47,079 nt of DNA from Vermamoeba vermiformis (lineage: Eukaryota): NCBI GenBank assembly GCA_045837725.1, contig JBEWZL010000267.1, positions 186,001 to 233,079 of the forward strand, in the 5' to 3' direction. The notes beneath the pieces are model-generated. The model was given only the letters and a program-made list of their open reading frames with translations. It did not search any database and was not told the DNA's origin. Position 1 is the first letter of the stretch, and each line of letters starts with the position of its first letter. Of this stretch, positions 24,198-36,781 are shown piece after piece. The position numbers were made by a program, and so were the translations under genes.

Positions 24198-26213
24198 TTA
24201 AGCGCAGTTTTGTTGGTTAGCAGGAGCCAAACCGATCTGTGCGTTATCAATGTCGTGGACGACGTAAGCAGCCTGCATGAATTGAGCACCGAGAATCAAC
24301 ATATCTCCACCGCTTGAAACACCGAGGCAATATTGCGAAGCACCAGTGCCTAATTAGGAAAAATTGGATCAGATTCAGATCAAAAAAGACTCTTTCGAAA
24401 CAATTTAACGTACCCTTATACAAATAGGTATTAGGTCTCATAGGAATGTTTTGGGGATTGTTGCTGAACACAAAGCTCAAAGTGGGCAAAGCTCCGACTT
24501 GATCGGATGTGAGGGAAACACATTGACCGTTCTTGAAGGTAATAATCAATAATCATCAGTCATATATATATATATATATAGCACTTACAACGAGATTTTG
24601 AGCAGCATCTTGCAAAGAGCTAGGGCAAGCTTGAATAAATGTAGTTCCGAAGTTTTGGTACGCGGCATCCGGGAGCAAAATTCTAGCCGCATGTTAATAT
24701 GTCGTAAATTATTATATGTGCTTATGATAGTACTTGCCTAGTAGTACCACTGTCGAGAATACCATTGCCCAAAGCACTGTTGATGCTGGTACCAGAAACG
24801 AGCAGATCCGCCATTACAATTCCGTAACTAACAATTTAAATTCCTTAGTAACCACTCACAACAACACTAATATATATTATACGACTAAGATACTATATTA
24901 TAAGGTTTTGATACTTACAATTGGCCAGCTTGAGAATTGGGCATGTAGTTCATCGATCCAAGATACATGTTCTTATCAACGCCACCCTGAGGTATAAATA
25001 TGGTCAATAGAATGAATATATAATGCCGTATTATTTATTATAATTACCAAGGTTAAAGTGCCGCTGTTAGGACCCAAGCAGATCGAAAAAATGTTCTTAT
25101 AGTAGCCTGCATTGACGAAGGCTTCGAAGACAGGGACGGCTTGAACGGAGCTCAAAGCTTGATAGGACAAGCCCAAAATACCGTCGATCTTATTAGGAAC
25201 ATCACTAGCAAGGTTACAAGAACGTTAGTTAAGTTGTTGGCGCGGATGTACCCTTCAAAAATTTAAATCTTTTGGTAATCAGTAGTAATAATATTTAACG
25301 TACCCAAAATGAGTATTTTTCTCGTAGTTAATATTTCCGAAAGCAACAACAGTGCTAACACCCGCTAAAGTCACGTTATCAGTGTACATAACGCCAGAGA
25401 CTTCGCAGATCTCGTTGGGGTGGCCTTTAACGCAAGTTTCATATTTATCGTCAAAACCGCACATATTACCATCTATATAATGTAATGTCAATAAAATTTA
25501 GCAAAGGATACAAGAAGAACTCGGATATTCGCTAAAAAAAAATGTTTTTGGAAGTACGTACTTGCAGAACCGCATTGATAGTTAGGATCATCGTATGAAA
25601 TTGGATTAGCAGTGGAGGACAAAGCAGGGTTATAAGGTTTGTTAGGGCCAGGCCATTCAGAGCAGCCTTGGCATCCAACAGCAGGAACGAGCAGATCTGA
25701 GCTTCTGTAACCATAAGAAGTATGATTAATATCAAGGATATATGTACTTGATATAGTATGTATTACCCGGTGTCCATAAGCACGTTGAAGGTTTGACCAG
25801 GAGTGCCGATCTTGACAGTCAAGTAATAGAAATCAAGAGTGTTGATATCACCACCAACAGTAACATCCTAATAACAATTATTATCTATATAATAAATCTA
25901 TCGCCTAAGGTCGTATTTTGACGGTGAAAGAGCCGAGGAACTTTCGATCCCAGCTGACCTTCGATATTTATTGTTATGTTTAGCAAATAATCATAAATAA
26001 ATATTTTAATATTAAAAATAGCTCGCGCAATAATAATTAAACCCTAGCCATTGGTGGCAGCATTTATAGAAAAGTTAACTGCAGGACGACAGATTGACCA
26101 CAGAAAAATTTTCTTACCTTGCTCATTTTGCCGAGCTTGATGTTGCGGAAGGCTAGAGCATCAAGTGAAAGAGACAGCAAAATAAGTACTGCAAATAAAG
26201 TGCGGTGTTGCAT
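24198..26213 (-). CDS. Secreted pepsin-family (A1) aspartic protease
   Basis: Signal peptide MQHRTLFAVLILLSLSLDALA, and motifs YYLTVKIGTPGQTFNVLMDTG/SSDL, DGIFGLSY, GILDSGTT and terminal QIGLAP. Confidence 0.92.
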
Positions 26214-26627
26214 TGTGTCGCTTTCTTTCAAAAAAATACTCTTCAAGCCCGCTAACGCTCCATTCCATCTTCCCCACAATATTTTATACCTATCACATTC
26301 AAAGTATAAGTGATGATTAGTTATGCGATGTCGCTCGAGGGCAGGTTGATCCTTTGCGATCAAACGAATCCACCTTGTTTTTGGTGATAAAGCTGTTTAA
26401 CAGACGATCGCCAGTATAGTCATGGATGTTTAAGGGAGTATAAAGAGGCGATGGATGTTCATAGCGCAGCCAGTTTCGATCATAATAATATTAATTTTGT
26501 GGAAGCTCGTGTTTTATCATTATTACGCCTCGTGTTTATCCACAAACACATTAGTCCCTAGCATTGTACATATGGCCTAGTTGCCAACGAATTTATTTAT
26601 TTGTAGCTGAGAAACAGCGAATCCACA

Positions 26628-29600
26628 ATGACCGATTCAGCTCGATCGGACCAAGACCATCGCAAAATATATCAGCAATTTGTTGATAATTATTTTAGTC
26701 GAGCGCATTTGCTTAATCGTGCTTTTTCATTGAAACAAGAGCCCTCAGTGGTGCTGAGACGGATTTCAGAAGAAAAGATCGAGATCGCGTTTGATGAATT
26801 TGAAATCGAGGTAAAAAATGTTATTTTATTATTTAGGAATTATTTACAGATTTATATAGATTAATCTTGATTTTTAAATGACACGGAAATAATTTCCGTC
26901 ACCGGTTTAATTTTCCCAGCCATTACGCATTTTGCTTAATAATAAAAATTAGAAAAATATTTACGTATGACTTTTATGAATTATGGTAGTGCTTTTACCA
27001 TTTTATATACCAATAATTGCTCATCATCGCAAATAAATTGTTTTTTTGAAATTACAGCAATATTACCATTGCCTTTAATATTTAATTAAGTCTTGATATT
27101 AATCGGATTTTTTTTGCAGTATGGAGGCCGGCGTGAATCTTTTTACGAAGAGCTGAACCTCGAAACAACAGTGAACGTCCAAGACATATTTATGGGACGA
27201 GACTGCTTCCACTTTGCGTTGATCGGTGATTCAGGTCAAGGCAAGACATGCTTATTAAAGCATTTGTGTTGGAAAGTTAACGTGCAGCAAGATCTGCTCG
27301 TCAAGTTTTTAAAAGAAGATCCGAGCACGTACTACTGGAACGTCGAGGGCTTAAGCGATGATGAACCCGTTCCCGATCCATCGCAGTCATATCACTTAGG
27401 TCTATATTTACATGCACAAGATCTATGGTTGGCGCTGAAAGACACTGCTGATCGGTCGTCACCAGATGCGATCTTCAACGCACTCGCTGACGCAGCTGTA
27501 CGAACATGCAGAACGGTCAAATTGCACCAAGACCGCGTGGACAAGACTGACAGTGTCGTTGACTATGCTGACTTCAAGGAGACGTTGTTGCATCTCATAA
27601 AAACGTCGCGTTTGATCTTGTTGGTGGATGGGCTCGAAGACGTCAGAACAATCTCACGATCGCCGCTGCTGTACTTCTTGCTGAACATCAAGACCAAGTT
27701 GCCGTTGTTGTTCCGTGTCATTATGGCTTGCAGACCTGTCACACTGTTCCGTCAAAATCCTCCAGAAGACTTTATTTATTTGTACATGCACAGCGTGGCT
27801 TCAATGACTGAAAAGGAACGCGAACCACTGCTAGAGAACATTTTGACGAGAATCATACGCGATCCATCGGAGATTAAAGAGACACAACCGCCACTCACAC
27901 CGCGATCAAGATCTGGATCGGATCAAAACGCGACCGAGTACCAAAACCCACCTCACGATCCACTGCCCTCGACTAGTGAAATCAACAAAGTCTTCGATCC
28001 ACGACGACCTCTACGGCGGCAGAAGATTCTGCGATATTTGAGCAGCCCGGCAATGATGGCAATCCTGGCCTCAATGCATGCAAACAACATTGAAATTTCA
28101 TCGTGTTTGTACCAATTCTACCAACAAATCATGCAACTGCACGATGACGTGTCAACTTCACTGCCGCCAGTGTCGATCTTGCCCAACACGACCCTCTACG
28201 ACTTGGAAGTGAGCATTGACGAGCGATTAATGCAAAAATTGTGCGCGCTCGTTGGTTTCATGTACCAGTGCTTGTTGCCGTACACGTGGCTCTCGGACTT
28301 TTCAATTGCCAAAGAAGTCGTCAAACTGTTGCAGATCATTGTGAAGAACCATCAGGCGACTCTAGCACAGCAATTGAAGAGCGATGGGCCAGAACATGCA
28401 GCAGACCCTGCCCACATCTCAATCGCAATTGAGTGGCACCCGCTGTTGCAAGCCTTTGCTGCGCACGATGTGTTGAAGTCACCGGATAAGGCCGCAAGAT
28501 TTATTTGGGACCGCGTCATTACTCGATTAGGTAAGTTCCCTTGGACTACAGATAATACCAAGTATAATTATATTTACTAATATTACCGTCATTTTGTAGT
28601 TTCGAGTGGTGTTTGCAAGTGCCACACATTGGACGATGAAGTTGAAATTACTTTTGTTGATAGCTCCCTCGCGCAATTTTTGTCTGCGAACTTTTTGAGC
28701 GACGATGAATTTTCAAGGCCAATCTTACACTGCTTTGAACAGATCTAGTAAGTACTTCACGAGCTCGTTCTTGATCCAATTTTATTAACACTCATTAATT
28801 AGTCATAATCCTCATATTCCGCCAATATTCTTATGGCAAGAGGAGAACTACATTACGACCAAGAACTGGACGCTAGTATATGAAGTAATGACGTCTCGTA
28901 AAGGATTTTTATGGATCGCGAACAAAGTGCTCGATCCGAGTTACAAATCGTTGCTTGAGTGGCTTACCGATATTACACGCAACGGAGGCTATGATACCGA
29001 TGACTTAGGTCTCATTAGATTCAACTTACTGTTGAAAATGTTTGCCTTGCAAGAAGAAGAACGATTGTTATTGAAGGTAAGCAACTCCTCGATACTTTTT
29101 CCGTTACAAAAATTTATCAATTTTATTTTCATTGAACGGAAACTAATACGGTTTCAACAGCAACCTTGTTCTGAAGTTAAAATCGACAACCACACGCTAA
29201 TAGTAGAGCTTAAAGAACAATTCGGGTTGGCATTCCTTTCAGTTCTAAATGACAGTAGTTCAGCTGTCGCGCTTATTGAACCAGCGCCAGCGTGCTCGTT
29301 GAGTTGTTTTAGCAAAAATGTTATTAACAACATCCTCGACAAGTGCGTGGACTTGCTGCGCAGATCCAACGCATTCATCATCACTGACCTGCTATTGCGC
29401 TTTGCTGACTACGGCCATATTACGGATGGTGTTCTTGGAAAAATCATGTAAGATAGCACTCTTATTATAATTCATTACTAATGTTTGTGCAGTACTATCG
29501 TAACAGAAGAGATCTCGAGAAATCAATCAAAGAGACCCGCGCTGAAATTCTTGGCGAATTACGATCAAAAATTCTTCGATAAGCGACAGAGACATATCGG

Positions 29601-32600
29601 CCTTATTATTTCGAGCCTGGGTGCTCTTATCGAGAAAGATCTGGATTCGGAAACCATTGAAGAAGCTGCTCATGCACTGACGCAGTTGGCTAATAGATCT
29701 TTAGAGGCTATTAAAGCCGATAAGAAACAACGAGAAGCTATTATACCAGCCACTGGTGCACCAGGTACGAATTATTGCCGAGTTAGCTCGCCACATCCGA
29801 TCTAACTTTTTTTATTCAGACATTAGGGATCATCTTCCTATACTCTTTACTGAAGAAGAATGGTGCATGATTGTAAATAGCGCAATTACTCTGCTAATTG
29901 ATTTGGTCGACATGGACTTCCATTTAAAGTAAGTACAAATTTTGGCTGTCAAAAATCATCGCTTGTACATTTAGTGACCAACGATTATTATTTAGTATGA
30001 ATAATAGCAAGGAAATAGCCAACGAGTTTGAACAAAAATGTCGTGTATTTCAATGCCAAAACTTGCCGATGATTATTTCGTTCTTCGAAGAGCCGAGCTG
30101 CAGTGCGCGGTTAATGGGCTTTGCTTTGCTGGGTACCACCAAGAAGTCGAATTTGGTCGATAGAGATATCGAAGACAAAGAAATAGCTGCTCAACTGACA
30201 CTTTTGAAGCTCATTGCCCCGCATTACTCTTCAGATCGAGCCTTATCTCTTGGTACGAAAAGTTTTTTCAATTTTTTGTCCGCGGAAAAAGCTAATTTTG
30301 CCCTAGATATTACTACCGACGACCCTATCGTGCAATGTGTATCTATGGTCCTAATGGAGACCTTGGGCGAAGCTGCGTCTATTCTTGTCCCGGATGTGCA
30401 AGACCTGATTAAGTCAAAGCTAGATCTTCTTACCCAAATCACTAAGTATGCTACAGACTATATTCTAAATATTGCTCGGTACTGATAACATTTGCAGATG
30501 GCTATGGCGGAGATTGGCGCCAGAACACCGCGAAAAAATCTTCGCCGAGTGCTCGAAGAACACGAATAGATTCGTAAGGCGTGACGTTATACGACTAACC
30601 GCAAACGATGAATACATTCTGCGTGAAAACTTGACTCAAGGTGAGATTGCTGCGGTCTTTGAAGCCACTTGGAACTATCGGGAAGAACCTATTGTGCACA
30701 AGGAGTGCTTCACTTTCTTCGGCAACTTGAGCAAGTACGCAGCGAAGGTGGAACAAAAAGAGAAGTGCATGGAGCTCATCGCCAAGTTGCTGGATAAGTA
30801 TGGCTTGGCGAATTACCTCTTCAGCGACTCTTTGCTGCGGATCACGAGCGAGTTGATCGAGGCTAACAAAGACAACGAGGCTCATAAGGCAGTCATTATG
30901 GACGTTATCAACAAGCGCAACATCAAGAAGATGATAACTGGATTCTTGAGTGGTCCAATGAGTGCCGCAAAGAGGAAACTATGGTTCGGAAATGTTCTTG
31001 GAATTGAACTCCTTGCCCAGCTGATCGCGATCGGTGAGTTAACCAAACTCTTCGCCAGAGATGCTCTAACGCTATCTTTAGATACTGAAGAGATTAAAGA
31101 GTTCTTGGGATATTTGAACTCGAAGTTCCCCGAGTTGCGTCGCGCTGCAGTGGAAGTTTTAAAACGTGCGAGATCCGCGCAAGTGTTCCAGATCATAAAC
31201 AAGTGCGTCGAAATGATGATGAAAGAAGAAGACTACTTTGCTCAAAGAAGCATTGTCGTATTGTTGGGTATTTTGGGACGAAGGAAGAAAGCTGAGGTAC
31301 GTTTACTAAGTTAAAAATATAAGCCTAGATCTAACTCCACACTTAGATCCAACAACGCGTTGTAGACGAGATGCTCAAGATTCTCGAGTTGGCTAAAGAA
31401 CCTCTTAAGCAAGAAATTGCATTGAGTGTTATTATGACCATTGGCCCCGTTATTAGTAGCAACATTGCCATTCGAACAAAATTGTTGCAGATCTTGTCCG
31501 ACGCGAATCCGCAAAGCTTTGCGGCAATGAATAAGACAACTGTCGTGTATAAAAACAAAATCAAGTATGTGACTAGCATAATATATGGCGATAGTATACT
31601 AACGCTATTATTAGATTGACCTTGACTTGCCTGCAAACAGTTCAAACCCTCAGAATATTCGAGCACGAGTTTGTCAAGCATTTCTTCGAAATGACTGAAG
31701 TACCCGATATGGAACTGCGAACGGCTCTAATGGTCGCGCTGAAGTACATCTCGAAGAATGTTTCCGCTGGTAAGTCAGATGTGCTGATCCAAACCTACGT
31801 TTTGTACTAAATTTTTTTATTTCAATAGATGAGCTTAAGAGACACGAGCCTATTGTTGAAAAACTGATGAAATCTGGCGACTCTTACTTGCGCGAGCTGG
31901 GTCTGAAGATCATTAGACTCTTTGGCCCCGCGTCAATTAAGCGCCTACTCACGCCTTTGCTGGCGTTACTTGACGACACAGAGCACTACTGTCGCTTGCA
32001 AGGGCTCAAAACATTGATGCAGCTGATCAAGTCGGAGTTGTCAGCAGCGCAGAAAGAAGAAAAAGAACGACAATTGCTGTCAACTTCACCGCAACAGCTC
32101 AGCATGACCCCGCCTTCACCGTCATCCTCGCCCTCGTCCTCGCACATTGGCACGATTTCTATCAATAACATCAACACGAACAACGCACCTAATGTCATTC
32201 ATCCGGCCAAACTTGCCGCGTTGCAGTACCTCCCGCCAGTCTTGAAACGACTCGCTGATGTTAGTCCATTAGTGGTCGTAAAGGCCTTGAAGATTATTAG
32301 CCTGTTCCGTCGCAGTCCTAAAGATAAAATGCCCTCGCCGAGACCCGCAGAGAAAGTCATTGGTACGTAGATCCGTATCTTTTGTTGGTGACGCGAAAAG
32401 CTCATGTTTTGTATCATTTAGAACCAGAAGTTCTTAATGAAAATGACATGGAAGATGACGGAGATTTCGAACGACCGACGGACGAAGATGTGTTTTACAG
32501 CACGTACGTCGTCGAGCCCAATGTTGAGCGCATCCTCAAGCCACTCTATCGTCGTCGATTCGTCAACAGCATTGAGGTTAAGGTAAGCTTGCCGCCTTTG

Positions 32601-33589
32601 TGTTATATCATATCAGTATTGCCATATTAACCACTTCCTATAATAGATCGGAGTGTTAGATGTGTTGGGTACCACGCCGCACTTGCACACGCACCTCGGT
32701 GCTTTGAACTCAATTCTCAACACTGAAAATGTCACGACACTCGTAGAATTCTCAGACACGATGCGCAGTGAGGGCGTGCAGGTAATGATTAAGATTGATC
32801 AATTTAATAACATTACCATATTTGGCAAATTATCGAAATTTCGTTAGAAGCACGTCGTTTAACTTTTTTGGTCTGGCAGATCTTGCAATACATTCCTTCG
32901 TTCATTCAAAGCATCAAAGCTGGTAGTCCTCTTATTCGCCATCTAGTCCGCCTTGCCCAGCATTACGAACGCGAATTGACTCCTGTGCGTTGTGACTCGT
33001 TGTTCCACGTGCAATCCATCCATCAACTGCTCAAACACAAAGAACCGAATGTTCGACGACTAGCGATACATTTGTTAGGCAAAAAGGTAATATATATATA
33101 TAATAATAATTATACTAAGCAATATTAACATTAATCAATGCGTAGTGCGAGTTAAAGCCGAAATTTATTCCGACTTTGGCGCAGATGTGGGAAGATAAAA
33201 ACACCAAGGTAATCCTAAGCGATCCTATTAATTAAATGATTGTATTATAACTAAAGAATTATTAATAGGTGCGCAAAGAAGTGATTGAAGTCCTTGGTGA
33301 TGTTGGCAAGCGACATCCGTCGTTCATTCCACTCATTTTGCAATCCATCGATGTAGATTCAAGCAACTCATTAATGGTAAGTCACTATAAATACTATAGT
33401 TATTACATATGTTGAAAAGAGCGCTTAGTATCGCTTTTTAATCGAAATTAACAAAAATGCAAATTTCTCGGATCCGAAATAATTTTTAATTTAAAAAAGG
33501 TTTGGCGCTCTCTATCGCTATCGTGGGGCATGCTTATAGGAAGTAATGCTAATTCCGATAACGAGGAGCTCGATGACTCGTCTTCATGA
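26628..33589 (+). CDS. NACHT-like P-loop NTPase followed by HEAT/ARM repeats (multi-exon)
   Basis: Walker A LIGDSGQGKT, Walker B LILLVDGLED, sensor-1-like VIMACRP. HEAT-like repeats LNSKFPELRRAAVEVL, LLKHKEPNVRRLAIHLLG and VRKEVIEVLG. The start may lie upstream (~26450). Confidence 0.82.
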
Positions 33590-33937
33590 AGATTCAAGTT
33601 GAAGATCTCGTCCGAGTAACAACGAGCTCGTTATTTATTTTTTGCGATGTAAAAATTGTACAAAGTCAACATAATCACCTCATAAAATACGTAAGTTCAT
33701 TATTAATTACGCTAGTAACCTCTTCAACGACTAATCATTTGGGTACGCGATCCGTACAAGATCGTGGAGCTAAATCAATACTAACCCTATCGCTCTGCGA
33801 GAATACTAAACGCTACGCAATCCTTTAATCCAAAATAGAAAAATTGGACCAATGGCGTGAGACCGCCAGGGTTAAAAGGAAAAATTAACCTTATTTTTTT
33901 GTCTTTCAAGACTTAAACAAAACAACATTTGAACACG

Positions 33938-34579
33938 ATGAATTCTATGTTTTTTAACGCTATGCTTATCTTTTTGGGGGCCATTTTGGTGAAGGCTGCC
34001 TTCGACTACTCTCAATCCGCAACGGATTTGCTACGTCCTTTGCAGGAGCAGAAAATTCCCACCATTAGTTGGACAATATGTAAAAAGAAAAGTATTGATA
34101 ACTATATTTTATTTAATGTAGGTACATTCATTGCAATTCCCCTCCTTCAACAGCGGTTGATCTCGGCTGCAAACGAGGCTATGTGGATTTATCTTGTCAC
34201 GCAAACGCGTAAGTATTATAAGTACTATCGTTTATTAAAGGTCACTGCGTATTTGTGTCCTCTGTTTCTGTTTGGTCTCGGCGTCATTCCGACATCCGGC
34301 GCTGAACTTGACAACAAAGATTTAACTACCAATGCTCATGGTGTATTGGGATTTGCCTTCTTTGTCAGCGCGTCTGCGCATGCCTTCTGTGTCCTGTGCA
34401 TGCAACCTACATTCAACAACACGTTGTCGCGCATCGCGATGGGAGTGGTGGTTTCCTTTTGTTTCTTTGTGTTCGGCAGCGCAATTTTGCACGACACACA
34501 GTACCTTTGGCGTGCCAACCTTTTCGAGTGGATTACTGTCCTCTTCTTAGGTATGTATGTATTTAGGTTGCCTTATTAG
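33938..34579 (+). CDS. Frag1/DRAM/TMEM150-like multi-TM protein
   Basis: IPTIS motif, AHGVLGFAFF and ANLFEWITV, with about six hydrophobic segments. Possible in-frame 42-nt intron at ~34080-34121. Confidence 0.7.
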   Translation: MNSMFFNAMLIFLGAILVKAAFDYSQSATDLLRPLQEQKIPTISWTICKKKSIDNYILFNVGTFIAIPLLQQRLISAANEAMWIYLVTQTRKYYKYYRLLKVTAYLCPLFLFGLGVIPTSGAELDNKDLTTNAHGVLGFAFFVSASAHAFCVLCMQPTFNNTLSRIAMGVVVSFCFFVFGSAILHDTQYLWRANLFEWITVLFLGMYVFRLPY

Positions 34580-34921
34580 GGCATACCTGAATTTATACGA
34601 GTGTTTCTCAACACTCTAATGCATTGAAGTTTATCAATAATTAAAACACTTGGTAATTTATTATCCTATGAGATTGTTCTTCTCCTTCAAGACTCGTCAT
34701 AAAAACTAATTGCTCATTTGAGTTAATTTATTATCTTTCCGAGCTAATCCGGATGTATTATGCCTAATCCGGTTCATAATTTTCGAAAGTTCGCTAACGG
34801 GCCGTGTATTTCATATTTGCTCTTGCTGCAATAGAATGTTTAATATTTGCATTCGGTCGAAAGCATTGTTCCTCTTTTACGGTCATTTCACGAAATTCAT
34901 AACTTGCAACGACCACAACAG

Positions 34922-35517
34922 GATGGAACAAAAAGACTGCATTTGCCCTAGTACGTACGCCGGCCCACCATGGCTTGTAGCGATACTATTACTACCCGTT
35001 GTTTGCTGTCTGGCGGACACAGTGTGGCAGGGCTGCGATCCGTTCAACCGTTGGTGGAAGAGCTCACAAAAAACAGATTGACCCGTTCATGTTATAACAT
35101 AATTTGCATATTCGGTGGTGTACTTCATTTATTTTATTTCGTATTGTTTACGAATAAACGATATTCTCGTGCTGTAAAGTTGCAGTTTTTATTTCTGAAT
35201 AATTTTTAATCCATTCACCACAGTCAGTCGTACTCACAATGGATAGCCGACCTATATGCGATGAATGCAAGATGTCGTGGATGACATTCTCATTGCTGGC
35301 CATCGAAGGAGTGCTTCTGCTCTTCGTCTCGGTTATGATGATCTTAGAAGTATGTCTTGGATGCTGCGGCAAAGTACGAGATATTCCTAAAAAGAATCTT
35401 GAATATGAACAGTCTCTAAAACCTAGTAAAGAGAATAAAGTAGAATAGCTCAGTGGATTGCTTTCGGTTGCAGATGTTACGCGTGAGGAAGCAAACAATG
35501 CCCAGCTTCCGTATTAA
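34922..35517 (+). CDS. Small multi-exon membrane protein of unknown function
   Basis: Hydrophobic exons (e.g. WMTFSLLAIEGVLLLFVSVMMILEVCLGCC) with splice-like signals. Boundaries uncertain. Confidence 0.45.
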
Positions 35518-36781
35518 ATAAATTATATTAATACAATATGATATCATCTATACTTGAAACCGTTTACATCTGACTTGCATTTGCATTATCTTTACTTTTT
35601 TGCTGGATCTCTAACGGAACGAAATCACGCTGTAGTACTTGATGGAACAACGAGACTGCTACACTGCCCCTCTACACATTACACTGGCCCCATTTGGTTG
35701 ACTAATATCATACTATTAGTACTTCTAATCCTTCGGAATGCATTTGTGAAATGAAGATCATCGTCCGTTCAAGGAAAAACACCGTCGAAGAAAGCAATTT
35801 CCATCCATATAACATAGAAGGCCTATCGATACCATCACTGTATTTGTATTGTATTATATTATTTTTTGCCGCAAACCTTATTATTCGTTCAGCGTCTGTA
35901 TTTTGAAAGTTCTTTTCGAAATGGATCAACAACACGACGCCACGTCCAAAAAGGTTTCCCCTTGGCTCAGAAAAAACACTAAACAGCAAAGCAGGTTCAT
36001 ATCTTATTTTGTGCAAGCTTCACTATGAGCAAAGCAAACATTTTGAGGCATCAAACAACCTGCAATACTAACAGCCTGCTGTAAGTAATTAATTTCTATG
36101 TATATATTTTTTATTTATTCTCGATTTCAGTTAGTTAGTGCTCAACCAAAATTTTTTTTTAGATGCGCTTTAATAATATTAAAGCGTATTTTTAGCGCTT
36201 AACGTTGGTAAATAATAATTACTGAAACGTGATCTAGCCCTTTTAGTAGTTTAAATTTATTAATAATCGCGGTGATGAGCGGAGCCTTTAATTTCAATTA
36301 AAGTTCTAAATTTAGGGGTTCATACCTTCAATATTACTATATAATTATGAATCATTTAAATTAATAGAATAATGAACTAATTATCGTTGGCAACCAGATC
36401 ATGAAAACAGAAGATTCTGGATGACTTCGAATCTACACAGCCTTTACTCGCCTGGGAAACTAGTCGACATCAAGACTGCACAATATACGATCCATTGAGT
36501 TCTCCCAGAAACTTCTAATGTCAAACGTAGAAAGTTTTTCATGCCAACCAGATGCGTCTGGAAGTTGACGCCTGTCACCAGAAAACTACAAAAAGAAACG
36601 TCGCAGAGCGGAATTAAATTCAGTTATAATTTCGAATTGAGAGTCATAGCACACAAGAGCTTGGATCCACGAGGCCTTCTTGCTTTACTACAAGTCTTTG
36701 GTAAGCCTTAACGATCAGAACCAGATTCGCTCCACAAAATATTCCGATTACAGCACTACTAACACGAATTTATTATAGACA

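Noticed and set aside
35446-35520. TAGCTCAGTGG, tRNA A-box-like
   Set aside because: No acceptor stem, anticodon arm or GTTC T-loop follows.
35590-35830. Cys-rich minus-strand fragments
   Set aside because: In-frame stops and too short to assign.
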